A stretch of DNA of 59,533 nucleotides, the filler included, from Squatina squatina (Eukaryota), in the NCBI GenBank assembly GCA_031763465.1. It is 3 parts of 3 records of this genome, joined end to end, with 100 filler letters (N's around TTAATTAATTAA, not from the genome) between each part and the next. Parts side by side here need not be neighbours in the genome. Positions count along the whole stretch, not along the records: positions 39,205 to 59,533 come from JARFOE010000192.1; 2 more parts are not named here. The stretch is one strand, 5' to 3'. Below are positions 48,601 through 59,533 of the stretch, piece by piece (positions within the stretch are counted from its first letter, which is position 1; every line of letters starts with the position of its first letter). The notes beneath the pieces were generated by a model that saw only the letters and a list, made by a program, of their open reading frames with translations, was not told the origin of the DNA and did no database searches. A program made the position numbers and the translations under genes.

Positions 48601-51088
48601 CAATTAACCACTTTGATCTGGCTTCCTGCAGCTCCCTCCTTTCAAAACTTTTGGCATTTTGCATGACAGATCACATTTATTCTCTCCAAATGTTTCCTTA
48701 TGCATCTTTTCTATTTTTATCACAGCACATAATGACTGTTTTATCTGAAAACTTGCACTTACAATGTCACACTAGTCACATTGTATAGCAATGCCAAAAT
48801 GTCTCAGCTACATTTAATTGAATGTGTAGCTGTTTGCAGTATGAAGAATGAGCATTTTGTGTAATGCTACATTTATGGCCAGAAATAAAATGACATACAA
48901 TAGTCCCTCACGATAATTCTCTAATACACCACAACCTAAAATTTACATTGCTTCTGGATCTTTCAATAGAGAAACTATTAATAAATAAACAATCACTGAT
49001 ACACTTTCACATTTAGTCTAGCTCCCAAAGCCAGCATTCTGGGCAAGGTCTAGTGTATGTTTCCCTTGTTGAATTTTGCCAACCTTAACAATTGACTGCC
49101 CATCAGGCACTAATTCTCCAAAAGCAAATTACTGCGAATGCTGGAAATNNNNNNNNNNNNNNNNNNNNNNNNNNNNNNNNNNNNNNNNNNNNNNNNNNNN
49201 NNNNNNNNNNNNNNNNNNNNNNNNNNNNNNNNNNNNNNNNNNNNNNNNTATTAATGTACAGTAACATGGAATGCAAGCATGCCAGTTCAATTCCCGTTTG
49301 CTGTTTTAATGATCTCAGCTGTGCCGCTATAAGATGGTGCTAAATAGAGGCTAGGCGCTTACTCGCAGGTTGGAGGGAAAATCTTCGAGACACTTGTCAC
49401 TTGGCCCAAATTGCTTTTGATTCATTTATAACCCTTGTTGGTTCCAAATGGGTTGATAAGTAAAATGATCAAGCTTTTGGTCATCTGTCCCAATACCTTA
49501 TGTGGCAAGGTATCAAACTTTTTTGAGGATGCTCCTATGAAGCGCCTTGGGAAGTTTTACTCCATTAAAGGTGCTATATAAATGCAAGAAGTTGTTGGAG
49601 ATGGGGTGGTTGAGAAATACTCTTTTTCCTTTTTTGTAAAAAAAAATCTGTTTATACATTCCTTCTGAAGCCTTCATGGGAAAATGAATGAATGAACAAA
49701 GTAACAGTTTGTGAAGTATGTTTATCAGCATAGTGAATAACAAAACCTATGGTCTTGCTGTAACCTTTCACTTGCTGAATGTTGTGACAAGTGGAAGTGA
49801 ATCTTGTTGACATTTCCTACAGCCTTTATCTGCTTATGTTGCAGATTGCACCATTGTCCTACCATCCTGGGAAAATGTGATGTAAATGACACTTGAAATA
49901 TTGTGTGTAAAATGTTGATAACTGTACCGAGGCGAAGTATTATCTCGCCCCCTTGGTGTCAAAGAACAAATGGTACTAATAACAATTGTTTGACTTCTCT
50001 CCTGCTCTTTGTTGTAACTAACATTTTGTAATCTTTGAGTTTAATTGAATTTGATAACCGGCCCCTTTGCATTGTAATGTATTTTTTCACTTCAGACATG
50101 ATTAGATGCGTTGTTGAACTCTGATCAAAAGTCACAGTCAAAACAGTCAGTTTGATGGCTCTTNNNNNNNNNNNNNNNNNNNNNNNNNNNNNNNNNNNNN
50201 NNNNNNNNNNNNNNNNNNNNNNNNNNNNNNNNNNNNNNNNNNNNNNNNNNNNNNNNNNNNNNNCCTATTTCCTATTATTGTAAATGTGGCTTCATAAATG
50301 AATCTTCACACCCATGCATTCTCCAGTACATGTCATATATTAGGCTAGGAAGTTGCAGCAAAAACAAGTAACTGAATTGCTGATGCCCTGATTATTGCAG
50401 TAGCAGTGCCAGTGTAATGTAGCCTCTATAATTACAAAAGGCTAAGCATACATCACACACTACAGGGGCCTCATTACTAAATGCAGGTTGAAGATTCCAC
50501 TGCGATACCTTTTTAGATATCTGTAATTTCTGAAACCTTGCTGTGCTTATTAAAGGTACAAACATTTCCATGACTAATGTTTTGTAAGTACTACACCCCC
50601 TCGAATACTTGTGACTGGTTATAAAGTGAGGCAAAATCATTTTCCAGAGGCTCCTTTTGCCAATTTTTAAAGGTAACCACCTTGTTATATACAGGGCTGT
50701 GGCACTGAATTGTGACTACGACAGCACTTTACACAAGTATTTTCTAAGATAATATATTTTGAAGGCTCAGTAAAAAGACAGAGGTCAGTGCTGTGAAATG
50801 GAACACATTTTTAGCTGCTGGAACTGAGCACTTTTAGTTCTTCACTTCACAATGGTAGCCAAGAAATGGTATTTGTACCTTTTTTTATTCAGCAGCTGAA
50901 ATTTACAGAAACTCACTAGTGAATGATCTAGAATTGAGAACTAAGCATATTTTAAAGCAGTGAAGGACATTCAATGATTGAAAGGTCANNNNNNNNNNNN
51001 NNNNNNNNNNNNNNNNNNNNNNNNNNNNNNNNNNNNNNNNNNNNNNNNNNNNNNNNNNNNNNNNNNNNNNNNNNNNNNNNNNNNNNNN

Positions 51089-51305
51089 GCTGAGTGCGAA
51101 GTTCGCAGAGCGTGATGTTAAGTCGTATGTCACGCTCTCTTCATTTATATCTCTAGGGCCAGCCCTGCTATTGGCAGCACTGAGGCCCTCACCAAAATGG
51201 CGGCTGCTGAGCCCCGGGCCAGAGAAAGGCGTTAGAGTAGCAGCCACCATTTTCTGCTACAATTCCAATGCTACGGATGGCGGTATGTAGTCCAATTTCT
51301 GGGCC
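51089..51305. mobile_element. MITE-like GC-rich element end with internal inverted repeats
   Basis: AGAGCGTGA(51107)/TCACGCTCT(51130), AAAATGGCGGCTGCT(51194)/AGCAGCCACCATTTT(51239); ends AATTTCTGGGCC, similar to the Harbinger-type termini. Confidence 0.45.
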
Positions 51306-51314
51306 AGAGTGCCT

Positions 51315-51750
51315 ATTTCCACCTTTGTAATATCACCTTCACCCCTTCCTCAGCCCACCTGCTCCTGAAACCCTCACCTATGCCATTATTATCTCCAGAC
51401 TCGACTATTCCAATTCACTCCTGGCCGTCGTCCTGTCCTCCACCCTCTGTAAACTTAAGCTCATCTGAAACTCTGCTGCCCGTACCCTATCCTGCATCAA
51501 GTCGGGCTCAACCATCACCCCTTTCCTTACTGATCTATATTTGCATAAGGTTCAGATTTAAAATTCTGATCTACACGTTTAAATTCCTTCAGAGCCTTGC
51601 TTCTCCCTATCACTATAATCCTTTCAAACCCTATAATCCCTCCAAACCCTCTGTTTCTCTGACCCTGACCTTCAGTCACCATTGGCAGCCATGCCCTAAA
51701 CCATCTAAGCCCCTTGCACTGGAAACCCCTCCCTAAACCCTTCCACCAGG
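51315..51750 (+). mobile_element. L2 LINE 3' fragment
   Basis: CTCAGCCCACCTGCTCCTGAAACCCTCA...TCCAGACTCGACTATTCCAATTCACTCCTGGC (SRLDYSNSLL)...TTTAAAATTCT...CCTCCCTAAACC. Confidence 0.8.
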
Positions 51751-53339
51751 CACATCAAAAAGGCAGAACTCATTGTATTTGAGTCCATCGAAAGGACAAT
51801 AGTTAAATCGATGCACTATTCAATACATGTACTTCTATCCTGTACTTAATTCATAGAAAAAGCTTACATTATAAATTCCAGTGCATTACTCACAGTAGCA
51901 AACTCTACACAAAGCACTTTTCTCCACAGCATGTGGCCAACTAACATTGAAGCACATACACAGAGTTAAAGGTGGCTTCTGCTGTAACTTAACTATAAAG
52001 CAGATTCATTTGCCAATTAACAGGAAAGACTATGCACGTAATGGTCTAAATCCCTTACTTTAAACTTTCAAAAATAAATACTTTCACTCAACCAAACTGT
52101 AAATTATGATTCCAGTTTATGCAGTGCTGCCGGAAATTGGACATTGAAAAATTATCTTACTTGAAACTGGCTTATAGGTAACCATAAATCTTTCTGGCAG
52201 GTATATGATTTTCTGCAATGTAATGCTTATGGGACCAGCATGTAACCAATAGACAACACCGTTGAGCACCAGAGTTTTGTGTGTCTGGGACTCCATGGCA
52301 CATGGAGAATTGACTGGTTAGCAATCCTTTAACAGTGTTTTAGCAATCTGGTCTGGGGAGACATGTACATGGACCATGGCATAATGGGGAGAAATCCCAA
52401 GCATCTCTTTGATGAGAAAGAGTGCTGGCAATGAGAAAACAAATCATAAAAACGTAGGAACAGAAGTAGGCCATTGAGCCCCTCGAGCCTGTTCTGTTCC
52501 CCGATACCGGTCTCATTGTCAAGAAAGGAGGTTTCTGTCATCCCAGGAAGTAGTACCAGCAGAAAAAATAAATCCCTTAATATCACAGGGTGATGGTGGA
52601 GGACTGATGATGTACAAATAAATTTGATCTCTATTTGCCATTAATGTACCTTCATTTTCATAATGCACTTTCCCATGCATTACAGAAATGTGAGACTTGA
52701 CACTTTTGAAATAAAAGTACTGTCTAGATAAATTGTGGTGTTTTCAGAAGTTACTTGTTCCTTCAGATGAAGGTAGCTTATGCTGGTGTGAAGAAATCGA
52801 TTTAAAGTGAGTAACCAGGAGACATTTTAAATGCATTTCTGTGGTTGATTCATGGAAATTGTGTTCTTCTACTAAAGTCCATTCAGTAAGGATGTTGTCG
52901 CTAATTTTTGACCATTGTAATGAATGCAATCAACTTTCATGATTTCACCTTGTGAAATATCATTTATTTGAGTTATTCAAATCTGCATATTCAGAGCTGC
53001 AAATTAATTTTTTGCCTAGTTTGCAGAAATGCACCATTTTTTAAAAACCGTTTTATAACCCATTTGGTTGTTTTTTGTTCTTTGAAGATGGTACCTGAGC
53101 CTAATAATGGAACAATACAGTGAGCAGACAGCAAAATTGATGTTTTAAAGGCAAAACTAACAAGTCATAATTTTTGTCTCCCAGTATTTATAAGTACTGG
53201 AACAGTACAAAATGCAGCACCTTCATAACTGAACCCAGAAATTGGGGAAAATAGCTGCTTGAATTTGAGAAATGTGAACATGACTGCAGTCAAAAGTCAC
53301 AAAATTTAAACTTTAATAAATTTGAACTAATTTTGGACA

Positions 53340-53452
53340 TAAATTCCCACATTACAACAGCAACTGTGCTTCAAAAGTACTTCATTGGCTATAAAGCACT
53401 TTGGGACGTCCTGAGGCTGTGAAACGTGTTATATAAATGCAAGTATTTCTTC
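53340..53452 (+). mobile_element. DeuSINE 3' tail fragment
   Basis: CATTACAACAG...CTTCAAAAGTACTTCATTGGCTATAAAGCACTTTGGGACGTCCTGAGGCTGTGAAA...TATATAAATGCAAGT. Confidence 0.75.
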
Positions 53453-53818
53453 TAAAAATGGACAATGCCTTTAACATGGACTTTGTGCTTCAAAGCGCAA
53501 ATTGGTGCCGTGTCAAGTTTTTCTTTCCCCACCACACAGATTGTTTTGTATAGGAACAAGTATGACAGACTGGAAATTAAGATGGGTGTTAAAGGCCTCA
53601 CCTACAGAATGTGAAACTGAGTCTTACAGACAACGTTCCAAGTTCTGTTCGTGGTGTGTGCGAATAGTTCACCTCCGCTGGAATGCAACTGGGTCTTTAG
53701 AGTTCACCTCAACTGCTTGACCAAGGTTCCGGCTCTGGTTCGCTATCCAGTTTGTATGAAAGACCTAGTCTCTGTCCATTAGCCACACTCCAAAGTGTAT
53801 ACAAGCCCCGCTCCTTTC

Positions 53819-54090
53819 ACATAAGAATGCAGGAGTAGGCCATCCGATCCTTGAGCCTGCTCCACCATTCATTAAGCTCATGGCTGATCTTCGACCTCAG
53901 CTCCACTTTCCCACCCGATCTCCATATCCCTTGATTCCCCATGAGTCCAAAATCTCAGCCTTGAATATACTCAACGATTCAGCATCCACAGCCCTCTGGG
54001 GTAGAGAATTCCAAGGATTCATGACCCTCTGAGTGAAGAAATTCCTTCTCATTTCAGTCTTAAATGGTTGACCCCTTGTCCTGAGACTGT
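53819..54090 (-). mobile_element. CR1 LINE 3' end
   Basis: CATAAGAATGCAGGAGTAGGCCAT...CCACAGCCCTCTGGGGTAGAGAATTCCAAGGATTCATGACCCTCTGAGTGAAGAAATT. Confidence 0.88.
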
Positions 54091-54818
54091 GACTTTTGNN
54101 NNNNNNNNAGAGAGCGTGGTCCCAAATTTGATGAATTTATGTGCAACTATAAAGGCACTTTAAATCACCAAGTGCAGGTAGACTAGAAACCCCAAACCTC
54201 TAGCAACAGAAGTTGTAATTGACATTTTCAGCCTGAGCGCTTAATGAGCCTTTTATACAAGACCACAGGGTTCCACATCCAACTGTTCACAAGTGAAATC
54301 TGCTATCCGAAGTGAAGTCCTACTCCCTAAAGCAAAAAAAAGGCCACTCGAGTTCAGACAAAAGATGTTGTTTTTAACCAACTGATCAGTGGAGCATTTC
54401 ATAATGAGCTGTTGAGCCGTCCATTCTCAATTGTCAAAATGGATTAGTTATGTTAATGCTGAATCCTCACATTACACAAGGTCTGATGCTTATTTTTAAA
54501 TGAACAATTTAGGCTACCAAGCAGATGTCTTTATTACCCTCTTGCTTTCAAAGTTGGGAAATGTGCAACTTTGACTTGCGCAAATTTGCAGCATTATAAA
54601 AGCTGAGTTTGTACGGTCAGCTTAATTGAGCTCCCGGTATCTGGATATTGTGCAGCTGACATGACTATAATTAACGAGCATTCGACAAACTAGGCATTCC
54701 TCTAACTTGAGTTCAAGTTTAAAACGGAGCAAAAATGCACTTGGAAAAATTGTGATTTATTTTATATTGAATTATCAGTTTGTTTTTGTGAAAGTATACA
54801 TATATATATTTTTTAAAA

Positions 54819-54942
54819 AAGCAAAATACTGCGGAAGCTGGAATCTGAAATAAACACAGAAAATGGTGGGAAAACTCAGCAGGTTAGGTAGGCAGCACCT
54901 GTGGAGAGAGAAAGAGTTAACGTTTCAGGTCGATGACCCTTC
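54819..54942 (-). mobile_element. Penelope-type terminal repeat, hammerhead motif truncated
   Basis: Reverse strand GA-A-GGGTC-ATC-GACCT-GAAACGTT-AACTC...CCAGCTTCCGCAGTATTTTGC; the upstream CTGAN is missing. Confidence 0.65.
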
Positions 54943-55618
54943 TATTACTTGCCATTGTTGGTTTCATTCAAACTGATGCCCCGCAACATCGATACCAACC
55001 CCAACATATTAGGCCATTTCCTTTTTAACCCAACAAAAAGTTTGGAATAAAATATTCATGTGTAAGTATATTGATTTTTACATCACATGCTGAAGAATGT
55101 GACTAACTACTTCCACATCACAAGTTTTAACACACAACTCTCTTCTTGTTACTCTCAAAAAAAAAACAAATNNNNNNNNNNNNNNNNNNNNNNNNNNNNN
55201 NNNNNNNNNNNNNNNNNNNNNNNNNNNNNNNNNNNNNNNNNNNNNNNNNNNNNNNNNNNNNNNNNNNNNNNCAGACACCAGACTCCTGGAATCTGAATTA
55301 AAATGGTGCCAACAGCTAATTATACAATCCAAAATTAGAGGTACCAAGATAATGACTCCCTCCTTCCCAACTCTCTCTTCCTTTTTTCTCTCCCTCCTCT
55401 CAGAATTCATTTGTAGCAGACTCCCATAGCTCATAGAGATCACTATTCTTCATTGATGTTAGCAAGCTACTCAATCGTGAGGTATCACAGCCAAACTGAT
55501 ATTGTCCTATATATGTAGAAATGAGCTGAATTATTTTGATACCGTTCGCCCTATTAAATAGTTAGTCGCTGATTTTTTTTTACCCCTCAGTTGATTCATT
55601 GCTTTCTTTATCTTCTAG

Positions 55619-55809
55619 GGAAACCTTATAGCTTTGACCACTTGGAGCGGATCCAGCTGTGTGGGTTTTTCAACGTTCGGAAAGGGAAGATGCAACTTCA
55701 TAAATGGACCAAGCGTCAAGTTATCCTGTGTGGGACTTGCTTGATCGTTTCATCTGTAAAAGACAGCCAGTCTGGAAAAATGCACGTTTTGCCTTTGATT
55801 GGGGGAAAG
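55619..55809 (+). CDS. PHLPP1: PHLPP1 PH-domain exon
   Basis: tcttctag| [64 protein letters not shown] |gtatag; ZCCHC2 upstream supports PHLPP1 over PHLPP2. Confidence 0.92.
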
Positions 55810-56053
55810 GTATAGTTGCGTTACTCATTGTGTGAGAGATACACACATGTATGAAATTTATTTCAAAATAGATTTTAATATTGTAGTTTATTAATTAATG
55901 TATTTTGTTATTTTAAGCATCATATTAAAATAGGGTCTTCGTTTGAACTTTGCCAAATAAATTTGGACAATGATTAGAACTAATCTATTGGAACACTCTT
56001 GCTACCTTTGTGAAAAGTGAAGATTATTTTATTCTAATATATANNNNNNNNNN

Positions 56054-56465
56054 CACTTTTGCCTCTGTGTCAGAGGTTGTTGATTCAAGCCCCATTCCAG
56101 GATTTGAGCACATAATCTGAGCTGATGCTCTAGTCCTGAGCGAGTGCGGAACTATTGGAGATGTGTCCTTCAGTTAAATGTTAAATTGAGGTCTGAACTC
56201 CCTGTTCTGGTGCTTCAGGTTGGCATTAAAGACCCCAAAGTAGTTTTCAGACAAGAGCAGGGTGGCCTCCCGGTCTTGTCTATTCCTCCCACATTCCTAC
56301 AAAAGACAGATGAAATAGTCACTCATCTCTCATTGCTGCCTCTAGGATGATCTTGCATGGAATGATTGCTGTGATTTGTCTATGCAACAATCACTGCAAT
56401 TCGAAACTTCAAAACTTTGAAGTTCTATGAGATGTTGTGAAATAGTGAAACACTTTATAAATGAA
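56054..56465 (+). mobile_element. DeuSINE, old degenerate copy in PHLPP1 intron
   Basis: GCCTCTGTGTCAGAGGTTGTTGATTCAAGCCCCATTCCAG...ATGTTAAATTGAGG...CATTAAAGACCC...CAAGAGCAGGG...TTTATAAATG. Confidence 0.7.
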
Positions 56466-56486
56466 AAGGGTTTATTTTTTCCATAG

Positions 56487-56612
56487 GTGGAAGAAGTGAA
56501 AAAGCACCAGCACTGTTTGGCTTTCACCTCATCAGGACCACAGAGTCAGACCTACTATGTCAGCTTTGACACCTTCCCCGAGTATTTACGCTGGCTTCGG
56601 CAGGCTTCAAAG
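56487..56612 (+). CDS. PHLPP1: PHLPP1 PH-domain exon (second half)
   Basis: ttttccatag| [42 protein letters not shown] |gtgagg, 126 bp, in frame with the previous exon. Not in the ORF track. Confidence 0.93.
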
Positions 56613-56959
56613 GTGAGGCTGCGGGGACTGTGCTTCTAACCATAAGTGCCAGACCTTGTGTTTCTAATTATTGCTTCTGGCAAGATTGCAAGCCACTCTT
56701 TGCATGCTGTGATTCAAGATTGGATAGTTATTTGTGCACAGCAGAGAACCACAAGAGCTGTTTCTTAAAGCTTGTTTATTTGCTTCTGGCAAATTCCACT
56801 GATGTGTTTATTCAATTTTTTGTAAAAGATTAGCTAAGTCCACTCATCAGTTCTATATTTGCAGGTGTACTGTGTGTTTAAAAGAACATTTTGGGGGCAA
56901 GATTTCTTGTCTTTGCAGCTGACAGGTCAGTTTTCCAGTTAGAATTGTAGAAATTTACG

Positions 56960-58194
56960 GCATAAGAATGAGGACATTCGGCCTGATGTGTGTGCTGGCA
57001 GAAAAAGAACCATCCAGATAATCCCACTTCCCAACTCCTGGTCCATCGCCCTGTTGGTAACGGCACTTCAAGTACTTTTTAAATGCGATGATGGTTTCTG
57101 CCTGTACCACCCTTTCAGGCAGTGAGTTCCCGACCCCCATCACTTTCTGGGTGTAAAATGTTCTTCTCAACTCCCCTCTAATCCTTCCATCAGTTACTTT
57201 AAATCCATACCCCGTGGTTATTGACCTCTGCGAAGGGAAATAGATCCTTCCTATCCACTCTATCTCGGCCCCTCATAATTTTATACCTCAATTAAGTCTC
57301 CCCTCAACCTCCTCTGTTCCAAAGAAAACAACCCCAGCCTATCCAATCTTTCCACATTGCTGAAATGCTCCAGTCCTGGCAGCATCCTTGTAAATCTCCT
57401 CTGTATTCTCTTCAGCGTGATCACATCTTTTCTGTAATATGGTGTCCAGAACTGGATGCAGTACTCCAGCTTTGGCCTAATCAGTGTTTTATACAGTTCA
57501 AACATCCTCTCCCTGCTCTTGTATTCTGTGCCTTGGCTAATAAAGGCAAGTATCCCGTATGCCTTCTTGACCATCTTATCTATCTGTCCTGCTACCTTCA
57601 AGGATTTGTGGACATGCACTCCACGGCCCCTCCATTCCTTGACACTTCTCAGTGCCCTACCATCTATTGTGTACTCCCTTACCTTGTTAGCCCTCCCCAA
57701 ATACTTCTCCAGATTGAATTCCGTTGGCCACTGTTCTGCCCACCTGACCAGTCTATTGATATCCTCCTGCAGTCTACAGCTTTCTTCATCATTATCAACC
57801 ACACGGCCAATTGTTGTATCATCTGCAAACTTCTTAATCATACTCCCTACATTGAAGTCTAAATCATTGATATATGCCACAAAAAGCAAAGGACCTAGTA
57901 CTGAGCCCTGCGAAACCCCACTGGAAACAGCCTTCCAGTCATAAAAACACCAATTGACCATTACCCTTTGCTTCCTGCCTCTGAGCCAATTTCAGATCCA
58001 ACTTGCCACTTTGCCTCGGATCCCATGGGCTTTTACTTTCATGACCAGTATGCCATGCGGGACCTTATCAAAAGCCTTGCTAAAATCCATATAGACTACA
58101 TCAAAGGCACTACCCTTATCGAGCCTCCTTGTTACCTCCTCAAAAAATTCAATGAAGTTAGTCAGACACGACCTTCCCTTTATAAACCCATGCT
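56960..58194 (-). mobile_element. CR1 LINE, ~1.2 kb 3' part with largely intact RT coding
   Basis: HGFIKGRSCLTNFIEFFEEV...DVVYMDFSKAFDKVPH, GVSQGSVLGPLLF, KFADDT, RPKLEYCIQFW, RRLRGDLIEV (ORFs 57281-57961 and 57992-58194). Confidence 0.95.
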
Positions 58195-59026
58195 NNNNNN
58201 NNNNNNNNNNNNNNNNNNNNNNNNNNNNNNNNNNNNNNNNNNNNNNNNNNNNNNNNNNNNNNNNNNNNNNNNNNNNNNNNNNNNNNNNNNNNNNCCGTTC
58301 CAATCGCAAGCCTCAATTCCTTTACCAAGATGGCATCTTATGCTAAACGCAGGCTAAACCTGCACTTCAGCTCAAGACTCCATCTTGACCTCCTTGGATG
58401 CTCTTTGGTGCCTAAAGCGTTCAGCAGAAATCGCCTCCCCAGATTAAGAGAGAGGGACAGAATAGGAAAGAAAGAAAAATAAATAAAATTTACAAATCTC
58501 TAATAACAATTTACTACCTGTAGGAATCAGACTCCAAAGTTTCAGTTTCTGGGCAGGAACATAAATCTCCTCATTAAAAAGGTATTCACGCTGCTCAGTA
58601 CCAGCCCTAAATTTCTGCAGCAAGTTTCATTAGTAACTTATACACAAATCCAGCAATTTCTTGAAACTCGAGGAGAGGTTGAGAGAGAGCTGCCGTTTTC
58701 ATGAGGCTAAGGGCAGCAATAAACAGGTAGAATGTCGGTCTATGAATGTGATTCCCTCCTTGGTGAGCACCCAAATCCGGCAGAGGGATGTGGCAAACAG
58801 GAATTTTGCAGGTCGGTCACTCCAAATAGAACATGAGCAGAATGCGTCATACGTTCAATGCTTGGTGTCCTGAGTCAGATTACTGTCTCGCTTCTGAGAC
58901 CAAACAAGAAAACTAGTAGGTAAGGTGACCTGTACTCTACCTGCACACGGCACTGCACAATTGGAGCAGCTGTGTGCTACACATAAGTGTGAACGTTTCC
59001 CTCCCCTCCTTTTTTTTGAAATTCAG

Positions 59027-59257
59027 CCTGCAGACATTTTTACTGGATGGCAACTGTCTCGGTTCTCTGCCCCCAGAGCTGGGCAGCCTGCAGCAACTGA
59101 GCTACCTGGGCCTTTCCTTCAATGAATTCAGAAACATTCCAGTGGTCCTGGAGAATCTGACAGCTGTGGAGAAGCTTTGTATGTCAGGCAACTACTTGGA
59201 CACGCTGTGCCTGCAAAGTTTGTGCAGAATATCTCATATCAAACAAGTGGATTTAAG
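59027..59257 (+). CDS. PHLPP1: PHLPP1 leucine-rich-repeat exon
   Basis: tttgaaattcag| LQTFLLDGNCLGSLPPELGSLQQLSYLGLSFNEFRNIPVVLENLTAVEKLCMSGN...HIKQVDLR |gtagtt, 231 bp. Confidence 0.92.
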
Positions 59258-59435
59258 GTAGTTTCTTTTGCAAATTTGGCTGGGTTAATGAATTTACAGG
59301 ATTCGTCACAATACAAATCTATTTTCCTATTCTGAGTAAAACAAAGGCAACTAACAGCTAATGTATCTGCATCTCTCCAAATCAGTAGAATGATTGCATG
59401 CACCACCACCAAGAATGTTATAACCAGTGGAAGAA

Positions 59436-59533
59436 AAAAAGAAAGACTTGCATTGATATAGCGCCTTTCATGACCACCAGACATCACAAAGAACTTTACG
59501 GCCAATGAAGTACTTTTTGAAGTGTAGTCACTG
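59436..59533 (-). mobile_element. DeuSINE 3' tail (continues past window end)
   Basis: AAAGAAAGACTTGCATTGATATAGCGCCTTTCATGACC...GCCAATGAAGTACTTTTTGAAGTGTAGTCACTG. Confidence 0.8.

Noticed and set aside
57365-57944. Two + strand ORFs (165 and 162 aa) as genes nested in PHLPP1
   Set aside because: They are antisense shadows of the CR1 RT frame.

Overview
Eukaryotic, repeat-rich vertebrate genomic DNA, most likely a cartilaginous fish (inferred from the repeat families). It comes from a very fragmented assembly with many 10-N and 100-N gaps. Two artificial linkers (44N-TTAATTAATTAA-44N at 21653-21752 and 39105-39204) split the window into three unrelated scaffolds. Scaffold A (1-21652) has no recognisable exon. 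It holds CR1/L2/Penelope-type fragments, ancient SINEs, a decayed Harbinger transposon, a 19 x 29-bp minisatellite and a CpG-rich patch. Scaffold B (21753-39104) holds five exons of a retinal-type membrane guanylyl cyclase (best match GUCY2F/GC-F), one DENND2(C)-like exon inside its intron, and a large LRR exon of the LRRC32(GARP)/NRROS family. Scaffold C (39205-59533) holds the last two coding exons of ZCCHC2 followed by three PHLPP1 exons, the same gene order as human 18q21. I found no convincing new biological system. The best leads are an Asn->Thr change in the cyclase catalytic motif, a possible third GARP/NRROS-family paralogue next to GC-F, two gap-free chimeric-looking junctions, and minimal hammerhead-ribozyme motifs in Penelope-type repeat ends. 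Gene and repeat names come from remembered reference sequences, not from searches. Repeat boundaries are approximate.
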